Shown here: piece by piece, positions 25,974 through 64,000 of the stretch | Position numbering within the stretch: position 1 is the first letter of the stretch | Layout: each line of letters opens with the position of its first letter | Assembly: GCA_051362555.1 (NCBI GenBank) | Contig: CM120642.1 | Location: 4,030,001-4,094,000 of the forward strand | From: Lingula anatina | Lineage: Eukaryota; Animalia; Brachiopoda | DNA length: 64,000 bases | Reading direction: 5' to 3' | Translations under genes and position numbers: made by a program | The notes under the pieces: model-generated | What the model saw: the letters and a program-made list of their open reading frames with translations, nothing else | Told to the model about the DNA's origin: nothing | The model's database searches: none

Positions 25974-28425
25974 CAAAGTCGGTTCTGTCACTATTTCAGG
26001 AAGTAATAACCTACTCTGTTGTTGGCCAGTGGTGGCATACATATACTAGAATCAGATACACTAAAAACTCAAACCAGTTTAAATAATAAGTTTGAATATT
26101 TTTAAGTAATATAAAGAATATAAGCAGAATTAAAAGAAGTTCTGGTATATTTCAATTCATAGAATTTTACTTGATTTCTATTTCATGGTAAATATATTTG
26201 CTGAAAAGAATTAACTGTGTATCTAACTTATGAAGTATATTTGTGCATTAAATTCTAGGGCTTTGTTACATGTGTTATCATAACACAAACAGTTAAGAGA
26301 CAGCTTGTAGACAGCTTCATTAGAAATTTCTTACCCAGAATCAAAGGTATGTAACACACATTCAGTTTCAAGTTTTGCCATTTTAGGGGATGTTACTTGT
26401 GCCAGTTTTTTATATTTTAGTTTCATTTGCAGATTTATGTGTTTACAATGAAGTTGAAGTTAACCACTTAGCTTTATGTGACTTTGTAACACACTGTGCT
26501 TCAATTTTCAAGACTTACACAGAACACTTGTACAACTAAAAGTACTTAAAAATCAGGAAGACTTTGTGGTCCATTATGTTGTTCATGTTGCTTTGCAAGG
26601 GGGTGTGCCAGACAATTAAGCTGATTACAGTGACTGAGCCTGAGTGTGATACTCCGCTGAGATAGATTGATCCTGCTACAGTAGTTTCTATTCTGAACAC
26701 AGTAAGCCTCTGTTGTTGTAAAACATTTATTGATGTTATGTTTATTTTTCAGATTTAACATCCTAGGCCTGGATGTGAACCTTGACCTGGACAATCGTAC
26801 AGATAATAATAGAAGAGTCACCTGAAATTGCACAGGCAAATTCATCAGATTCAGATGTGAGCACCAACTCTGTCTTTCTATTATGAAATTCTGGATTTCA
26901 AATTGGATTTCCATTGGATTGACAAATATTGACAATTGACAGTTCAGTCACACTAAACTATAGTGGTATGTTGCTTCAAGTTACCACACTTATTCTAAGA
27001 TTGCTGAATTATCATTACTGTCTAAGGAGACCCTAGATCTCTCAACCAGAAGAAGAAACTTGGGGATCAATCAGTTATAAGATTAAAATCTCTGGAACAC
27101 TACCCATCACTGTTGTGTTCAGTATATGGAAAAGATGACCGTGATATTGGAACCTTGGGAGATTCATAGCTTGATTTCACTCCTGTGAAAAGTAACTGTT
27201 TTGTTCTTTTACTGTCCAATTGATAATATGAAAATAAAGTACTCCTGTCATTGTATGTTGCTGACTCTGTTTTATTTTTCTTTATAGAAAAAGAATATAG
27301 ATATCAAGATATCACATGTATTTACAAAACCTATGAATCATTTGAAAGGAAAAAGAATGGTTGAAAAATGCAATATAAATCATTTCAAGTGGATTAATTA
27401 GTGTTGCACTTGAGAAAACTGATAAAATGAGACAGTCATTCCCTTTTACCTTTAGAAAAATCTTTCGTAATTTTTTTTTTATTTTTCTCTATTGCTCCCT
27501 GAAAATAAGGTATATACACAATGCTGATAACATTGGATATGCACAGTAATAACTCATTAAATGGGGGGGGGGGGTGTGAATAACTTGTCACTAATAATTT
27601 AAATTTATTCAGAGGTTGTATGGCTCTGTTTGAAAAGAATATTATCTGAGCAATCCTGTATTACAGATCTCAAAAAAAAAAAACCTGCAAAAATGGGCCT
27701 CTTGATTATTTTGAGGAATTAAGGTAACTGTATTTTGGGACAGAATTGATGGCAGCCATCTTGTATTTATAAAAATTGGATAGATTTGCCCTTATCAAAG
27801 CATTGTTTGAATTCCTGGCTGTGAGTCTTTGATTAAATTTGATTATTGAAAGGTACTGATATCTTGATTTTGGTCGTTTGGTTTTCTGCTAAAATTGCTT
27901 ATGTTTGAGGCACTTTTTCTATATCTTCTGTTGTGTTTAACACACTTTTTAAAATTTGTATGATGAGACCAATATATGCTCAGGATCCCTATACAATTTT
28001 ATGGCTGTCAACCCTGCAAAAAGAGAGATATGAATGCTTGAACATTGCTTGGTAGAAAAGTGAGTTTGGGGGGTGGGGTTATAAAAATGGGCGTGGCTCG
28101 TTAGTTTGTGGGTTAAACTGAAATTAAGTAACATATTCTCAATGGCAAATGGCTGGTTTAAATAGGTAAATTATCAATTTATTTTAAAGAGTCAGCAGTT
28201 TTGACCTATTTGCTAATGAAGTGGCTTTATTGACCGAAGCTGAAAATCAAGCCAAAAATGGCCAAAACATTTAATATTATATTAAAATTATATCCAATGA
28301 TTTCTTTTGGGATTGTTGCCTTCAATGTGAATATCTCCTATGTATGCAACTATATTATGAATTTGGTTGAAATCTGTTGACCCCCACCTTGCCACCCTCT
28401 GACTGGTCTTATCATGGACACACAC
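24858..28425 (+). mobile_element. 3.57-kb TTAA-targeting element, copy 2 (inverted relative to copy 1)
   Basis: Reverse complement of 16905-20466: mirrored identical ORFs 18395-18784/26546-26935, 17196-17381/27949-28134 and 20265-20456/24868-25059. TTAA at 24854-24857 and 28426-28429. Visible differences are limited to simple-repeat lengths. Confidence 0.9.
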
Positions 28426-29085
28426 TTAATCTTGGAGGTTTTTACATATCATTTGTGACTAACCTCATGAGGTTCATGGGGAAGAAATCTGCAAACGAGA
28501 TTTGCAGGGTGGATTTCTTTGAGGTTTACGTGACAATTTGCGCTTTTAAGTCAAAATAAGATTGGCGACCTCGCCGTTTCCTGTAGGATATAGCTATAAA
28601 TTCACATATATGCATTTAAAAATACTGAACTTTTTTGTAATTTTGCTTATCGCTTTATCAATTTGAATTCTATACTTTAAAACAAGCTTTCAGTCAGTTT
28701 CGTAGATGGATTCGGTAGTGAGGTTCCTCACCAGTTTGACTGCCCAGACACCTGGAGACTTCATTGGTGTATATACAAATGATCTATTTACATACACTTT
28801 TGGCGCAACCTTTCTTTCTTACCTGCCTCACAGCTCGCAATTTCAGTTTGGTGTACATTTGCTTCTGTCTTTTTGATTGTAATAATTTACAAATTGCTTT
28901 ATTATCTGGTTTCACTGTTTTGAAAAAAGAATAACTGCTAGTACCTTTAATGCATCCTCGCGGCCCCGGAGTAGTTTTTCAATACAGCGGCGCCATACAA
29001 CTGCATACACATTCGAAAGAAAAAATAATGAGTCAGATCAAAGATATAGAGTAAGACTGTATCAAGACGATCAAAAGATAGGTGA

Positions 29086-57332
<28,247 letters not shown>

Positions 57333-57787
57333 TGCTGAATTAAATCAAAAAAGTTTAGGGTCAGTGTCATATCCATGTCAAATCCACAGCGTGGATGATA
57401 TTTTCATAAAGAAAAATCATCAGGATTTTGTCTGTGATCATTCGTCAATTCCCCGCATGCCAATCTAACGCCCATTTTTGGCATTTGATAAAACAAATGC
57501 AAAAAATATCTCATTTCTTCAAATGTGAGGATGACCACACTTGCTGGCTTATATGATTGTATGGACTTCTAAGAATTTATTTATGCTTTAGTCATCAAAT
57601 ACTTGTTAACAAAATGAGCCACAGGAAGTATACATGTAGAATAACACACTTTGCCAAGTCTTATATATACGCTTACCTTGTATTCTGTCGTCTATTTTCT
57701 GTGCTTTTGCCCTTGTTTCACCCTGAAAGTTATATTTGGACACTTGACTACAATATATCATGTTGTGCCGCTCAATTTGTATGTATA

Positions 57788-58215
57788 TGTCACAGGCAAG
57801 ATTGAAATCCAGGCGAGATTCAAATCCATGTCACAGCTACACATCCCAAATATAGCCATTTGCTGCGTGTTCTCTGCATTTTATGATCCACGAGTAAGAG
57901 GCAGAGAAGTAAAAGTTATATCATCGGCATGCCAACCAATAGAAAAATACATGCCTTTGTATTGTCGACTTTGGTTTGAGGCTGAACACAAATACTATAA
58001 TGGAACTGTCAGAGGGAACATATTGACTGACGTTCGTCGAGGAGTGCTTGAATATATCCATAGGGTTGACAGAAATAGGAGGTATTTTAGAGATGTACGA
58101 GTATTTTATACATTTGTGATGTTTATATATATATATATGGCTATATTTGGGATGTGATTTATGTAGCTGTGACATGGATTTGAATCTCGTCTGAATTTCA
58201 ATCTTGCCTGTGACA
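57788..58215. mobile_element. MITE with ~70-bp TIRs and TA TSD
   Basis: TGTCACAGGCAAGATTGAAAT.CAG.CGAGATTCAAATCCATGTCACAGCTACA mirrored at the right end; the same peptide VYVTGKIEIQ.RFKSMSQLH is read on both strands. Confidence 0.85.
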
Positions 58216-60236
58216 TATACACTTACCATACCATTATATGTAGATAAGGGAGTTACATACATGTAAAGGAAAGCGGAATAGTCTCGCCTCATTTTGAGAC
58301 GAAGCAATACTTCAACATGATTTTTTTTCAGAAGAAAGTTCATTCGCGTACCTTAATGACTGAATTGTGTCATAACCATTAAAAGTCTCCTGAAATTATT
58401 TTTACAGTAAATACAATTTTAAAATCTCTAGTCCAGTTGTGCGAACTTGACCCACCCACACTATGTACACTTTTATTAGTTTAATTTATCTATTTCAATA
58501 AAATATATTTTAAAAAATCGGACACATAAGTAAGTCCAAACTTAAATATATTTTTATCCATTTCTATGGATTCTACCCAATAAATCTGAGTAGCAAAATC
58601 ACCTTTAGACTCAGCATTTAACCACACTAAGTGTATTGCTCTACTTCCTAATATAAAACTGAGCTTCACAACAAAAACAAAAGCACATTCTCTTAGAGCG
58701 AAAGAGTATAAGCTTTTTTTAAATAAAAAATTATATCTAAACTGTCAATTAACCACCTATATGTACATGTATGTCTGGGTATTCTCATAGAGGTGTAGTG
58801 TTGCTTTTTCTAGTCTCTATCAGAAACAAAAGAAGTGAATGCATACATGATAAGGAGCGAACTTTCCCCGTGAAAAAAGGGCAGACTTGCCCCAACGTTA
58901 AGTCATGATTGCATAGTATTGACAAGCCTTATCCACAGTAACTTGTCACAGTAAAGTAGCAAATCCTGGATAATATATATAAATTACAAACTGAAAATGT
59001 ATTCTCAACTCACAAAAATACAAATGACACCAATGGAGGCTTTAAAACTACTTTCTTACAGTAGTTTACAAATGAGTTCCGATTTGCAAGTCACATTTTA
59101 TCTGCGTTGCACATGTCAATTTTGTTTTATTGCACTTGCACGTATCATGTTATCTCTCAAATTGACGGAGCGCGAGATAAATTGTTTCATTTTCGAGATA
59201 AGGGTGCGTACTGACTTGCCGCGGGGGTGGACCAGTCCTGTCTTCCCCTATATCATATATCATTATTCGTAACCCCTCGCACATTAAACCAAAACTTACC
59301 AACGTCGGCTGGTTGGACCGCTTTCTTTTCCCACTCATCGTGGCGTGTAGATGAAATTCTACAAATTCTTCCTTCTCCCTGTTCACCAATCCGTCTGCGG
59401 AAGAATCAAGGAAAAAAACACATTACAGGAAAAGGGGAAACTGTGAAGGACAAAACATTTACAAACCACATGTATTTTAATAAAGCCAGTTTCTTAACAT
59501 AAAACACGGCGGTCAGATAACGTCCAATACCGCAGCGGTTAAGGGAGGGATGTAGGTTTGAGATTTTCTCCTTAAATAAAGGTCTTAGCTTTTTAATTCC
59601 TGTCATATTCATTCAATGTATCTTCAAAATATCTAATTATGCTTGGAACACAGCTCCAACTACATCGTGTGACGTAATATTGGGATTTTGGGGACAAAAA
59701 CACCATTTTTATACACCTGATTTTCTCAGGCACCTGGACAGCTATAAACTTGCTTTTAATGGCATTATAACACTTGAACAAAGTTCTACAGGATGGAGTC
59801 AGGGATTTTACTTTAGAAACTTATTGTTGATTTTATCTATAAAAACGTGAAATTACATCAAAATATTAGGGAATTTTCACTTTCAAAGTCTATAAATTAG
59901 AAAAGAGAGGATCAATCAAAATGTCTTAAAAAGCACTTTTAGTACATACTTTTCATAACTAGCATGGTGGATTTGGTCTCCCTCAGGTCTACAGGTAGAC
60001 AGTTATAGCTTGCTACGATAGCGCTATCTCGTCAATATTGAAAGCAAAGAAAACGAGCATAAACCCTTTCAGGGAGGTTAATTGTCCAAAATAGCAAATT
60101 AAATTGTTGACAGCTTTACCTGTTATCGTTCTGACGATTGCAAAGATGGGTACTCTATTGCCGGTTGAAATTAGCTTGTTTGCATGCATTTGGATGTCAG
60201 AAAATCTTATTTTTGTATCAATCTCACCTCCTGTTA

Positions 60237-61412
60237 AACCCCCTTTACACTGGACGGCGTCCTTTCTGCGTCCTTTGTGCGACCATGAAACTGGCCAGGA
60301 CGCCGTCGGACGCTCAAAGAACGCACAGTGATCGCCAAGGTCGCACAAAGAACGTTCAAGCATCGCCGAGGACGCCATGGACGCCGCGAAGTTTTGAGCA
60401 TGTTCAAAACAATCGCAGAGAGAACGCGATGTAGGGTGGTCGCTCAATGGACGCAGAAGGGACGCACAGTCATCGCCTAGTCGCAGAGAGAACGCACAAG
60501 CATCGCCGCGGTCGCAGAGAGAACGCACAAGCATCGCCGCGGTCGTAGAAAGGAGGCACAAGCATCGCTTTGGTTGCAGAATGAAAACTCAAAGATCGTC
60601 CAGTGTTCGACACGTAGAACGTTATTTTTTTTTTCACTCTCAAACGGGGCCGTGCTGAGTTATTTTTCACCAGACAGGAATTCTAAGGGTAACAGTGGTC
60701 TCATATCAGCCTCCGATTGTTTTTCCCCTAAAATTCATGAAACGATCCATTTTTTTGAGGTTATTATTAAACGAATATTTTGCCTTTTTTACAAGATTAA
60801 TTGTCAGAATTATTTGCAGAATGCTTCATTTGAAAACGGATTGAAACATTCTATGTTGTGTCAGTCATACTCTCTCGTTTTCGGTCCCTGTCCATCCTTC
60901 TTATAAGCATAACAATGAGCATCTGGCTGATTATCAGTCCATGCAGACCTTGCATCACTATAGTTTAAAGCGTTTATTCCCATTTATTTGTTTTGTGTGC
61001 TGGAAATGTTCTTTATTGGATGACCTGGTTAGAACCGATGAAAAGATGAGTTAGAATATAGAGAAGGACGCCCAAATAACGCTCATCGGTCAAGCAGGAT
61101 GCAGAATGATCGTAGAATAGACGCCACTGATCGCTGATGAAGGCACAGAGAACGCAGCAAGAATGCACAATGGTCTCTCAAACATCGCAATAGACGCCTT
61201 GGGTTGCACAGGGGACGTACAGTGGAGGCAGGCAGGTTGCTCGCAGTTTTACAGGTAAAATCAAGATACGGTCGTTCAAAGGACGCACAAGGGACGCAGA
61301 CGCCTTTACACTGAGGCACGATTTAATTGCTTTGGCGACCGTTGAGCGTCCTGACCACATTTTTGAACGCAGAAGGGACGCAGAAAGGACGTCGTCCAGT
61401 GTAAAGGGGCCC
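60237..61412. mobile_element. Non-autonomous PIF/Harbinger-type element (~1.18 kb)
   Basis: TIRs CCCCTTTACACTGGACG.CGTCCTTTCTGCGTCC / GGACGCAGAAAGGACG.CGTCCAGTGTAAAGGGG; TTA on both flanks; GC-rich subterminal repeats (GGTCGCAGAGAGAACGCACAAG). Confidence 0.8.
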
Positions 61413-61645
61413 TTAGTAACTTCAAGGGTTTACCGCTAGCACTACCAAAATGATTGACAGGCAATCAAGTAAGCCCTTATGACTCAAGCAATCAGTGGCC
61501 ACGTCAATTGCCGTCGGGGCAAGTGTAAGGGATGCGCTCTAGGATGTGCACACAATAGCAGCATCGCAGGCGGTCTTGTCTACATTCGCCAAGCGAAAAA
61601 TGGTTCGAAAACACGGTCGTGTTACATGACGCCTATACAAAGAGT

Positions 61646-61916
61646 CAATATTCTTATTACCTAGAACGGTATATTTATTTAAAAGGAGGCTAGCTTCGCA
61701 TATGTGGAACCCCCTTCGAATAATCCTGGATCCACCTCTGAGTTGAACTAACATACGGTTTCATTTACCTTACATGTGGATGCATGGCTCCCAAAAACCA
61801 ACCAATTGCACGACACGACAGAGCTCTGATACATCTAAGTTAATTATTTGTTTGTAAAAATTGCCCATGTCACCCTGTTAGTTTGGAGGGGTAAGCTGGG
61901 TCAAGTCCGTGTCAAA
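61646..61916 (+). repeat. Dispersed ~270-bp repeat, copy 2
   Basis: Matches 5661-5929. Confidence 0.85.
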
Positions 61917-62254
61917 ATTCTTTGAAGCTTTGCATAAAATTAAAAAGGCACCGGCGAAGTCACCAAATTTAAATACAATTAGCAATCGCATGTGCTCGAT
62001 AAAAGCAACGACTGTGTGAGAACCGCACTTTAAACAGATTTCATAAAACATTCCTTCCAGTGCATCAATAGTTTCGCGGTCTTGTCCGCTTTCTTTTCAG
62101 ATGTACTGAAAATTGCCTGTCTGTGGTTTATTTGTACATGCTTGCGACAGGAAAACATTTCTTCAGAAACTAGATGATATATTTTGGAAGTACGTGCAAG
62201 GTCAAGCATAATTGGAATTCATCCAAAAACTCACAATTCAATTTAGTAATCGGT

Positions 62255-62733
62255 GGATAAACAAACAGACAAACACACTGACAGGAAGACGGACAAGAAA
62301 AAATACACATGTAAAATAGAATTTTGTAGTCGATACACAAACAAAATATACTCAGTTTTCTTTTAGCTAAGATGTATTTCGTTGTAGTGCTTTTGTTGCC
62401 AAAACAGCTAGGTGTCATAAACATTCTCTCCCAGGTGACCAACTGTTTCACAGCCCACCCTGTTTTTACCTTTGAAATAGTGTAAATGCGATGTTTGTGG
62501 ATTATTTGTATATACTTGCTACAGAAAAATATTTTTTCAAAAATTCGATGAAGTGGAAGTGACAGCGTGAGGTCTTTGCACTTAAACCAAGTGTCCAGAT
62601 TTTCAAATTGCGTAGTTATATTTGGATAATCAGACAGACAAAAACACAGACAAAGAGACAGAGAAGAAAAGAGACACGTGGAAAATTTTTGTAGTCGATT
62701 CACAAACACAACTTACTCAATTTTCTTTTAGCT
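62255..62733 (+). repeat. Imperfect ~110-bp direct repeat pair
   Basis: GGATAA.CA.ACAGACAAA...AATTTTGTAGTCGAT.CACAAACA...ACTCA.TTTTCTTT.AGCT at about 62255-62367 and 62623-62733. Confidence 0.6.
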
Positions 62734-63290
62734 GTTTTGCTGTAGTACAAAGTTAGCATGTGCGTTCTCTACAGTCGTTTCAATCAGGTACTTTACCATC
62801 AAATAAAACTTTTAGAAGAGGATTTCGTATTCAAAAAAACCCTACCATGAGCGACGTCCTTTCCCTACCCCCATTCTCTTGCCCCCCCCCCAAAAAAAAG
62901 ACTGACCCCCCTGCCTTAAATGTATCTATCATAAATCTCACAAACTGAAAAGTAAGTCTCAAATGACCATGTAACATCTGTACTGTAATATAAAGGTGAT
63001 TTACCAAACATACTGAAAAAAAGGGCATTAACTTTATTGCTTTACTAGTATTTTCCTAAAATAAATTAATTTCACCTCATTTGATCTAAGACCCCGCTAT
63101 ACTCTGGCATAGTTAAGTGTTATATACATATTACATGTGTGTTTTTATACCAAGTATCCAGCTACTTAGTGATATGTAAACCAATTTTATATATCATATT
63201 TTATATGATATATTAGTTTCTTTCCCAACTACCGTGAATTGGATAATTGAGCTGAAACCCCTTTCGTTAATTGATCAATCATTACTCCCG

Positions 63291-63394
63291 TTAACTGAAA
63301 AAGTAAGTCTCAAATGACCATGAAACTTTTGTTATATAGATATGATTTTCGAAACAAAGTTTCATGGTCATCTGAGACTTACTTTTTCAGTTAA
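63291..63394. repeat. Inverted repeat/hairpin (39-bp arms) bounded by TTAA
   Basis: TTAACTGAAAAAGTAAGTCTCAAATGACCATGAAACTTT ... AAAGTTTCATGGTCATCTGAGACTTACTTTTTCAGTTAA; a third partial arm lies at about 62943-62970. Confidence 0.75.
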
Positions 63395-64000
63395 ACTGTT
63401 GGCCCAAGTCCTCCATATAACTCACTTTTTGCTTCATTTTTCTGAATTTACATCATTTGACCTCTTTTTACTCTGGCTTGGCTTGGTTCAGTAATACATA
63501 GCTTTAATTAAATTACTTATGTGTTTAGAACAATAGTTTGGCTACACAATAATATACAATCCGTTGTTATAACTTATCTAAATTGCAAGCTTTGATTGAT
63601 TTTTCCCTACCCCTTTTTAAAACGCGCGTATTTGAGCCACAGGGAGTTAAAACTCTTTAAAATTAAACCTCTTGGGAAACTTTTTCGCCCTAGGGAATAC
63701 CTGGAAACAAAACCATCAAGGATTCAGAATTTTTTTCATTGTTTGTCGTTTACATTACGCTCTGCGCGTAAGTACAACAAGGTCATGTCAATCAAGTCAA
63801 GTTACATTACTGAACATCCCTGTTCCTTGCTCATTCGAGGCTGTCAATTACTAACATTACAAAATTAACTCCCTTGGAAACTTTTTCGTCCTAGTATAGG
63901 GAATACCTAGGAAAAAATAGATATCAAAGATTCAGAAAAAAAAAGTATTGTTTGTCACGGAGCTGCCATGAACTCCTCCTTCCTACCAGACAGTATGCTG

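Noticed and set aside
57651-58343. Overlapping 168-aa and 140-aa ORFs on opposite strands sharing a peptide
   Set aside because: Artefact of reading through the long TIRs of a MITE.
59150-59389. Candidate first coding exon of the DED gene (MVNREKEE...GPPPRQ|GTCAGT)
   Set aside because: Its phase-0 donor does not fit the phase-1 downstream acceptors; it may be a 5' UTR exon but is not supportable as CDS.
60013-60561. 182-aa ORF with repeated LCDRGD motifs
   Set aside because: Translation of GC-rich subterminal repeats of the Harbinger-type element.
62170-62709. 179-aa minus-strand ORF
   Set aside because: Low-complexity Cys/Phe/Leu composition arising from a local direct repeat; GTG start and no domain.

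Overview
AT-rich eukaryotic DNA with spliceosomal GT-AG introns and many transposons, most consistent with an invertebrate animal genome; no prokaryotic features. Four host genes are supportable. (1) A six-exon minus-strand type I membrane protein (11074-6119) with a beta-propeller-like ectodomain and a PPxY/LPxY tail. (2) A single-ORF CCDC190-like gene (14784-15905). (3) A UDP-glucuronosyltransferase (22079-16590) whose last exon is cleanly split at a TTAA by a 3.56-kb DNA transposon; a near-identical inverted copy of that element lies upstream. (4) A large minus-strand gene (about 57332-29086) encoding a death-effector domain and a TRADD-N-like domain, followed by a hierarchically duplicated array of small frame-preserving exons within an 8-9 kb tandem triplication. 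Also present: two defective Tc1 (DD34E) copies and their MITE, a solo LTR nested in a TIR element, a Penelope-like RT fragment and several MITEs. Gene models were assembled by eye from splice signals and codon phase. Family assignments come from motif recognition, not database searches.
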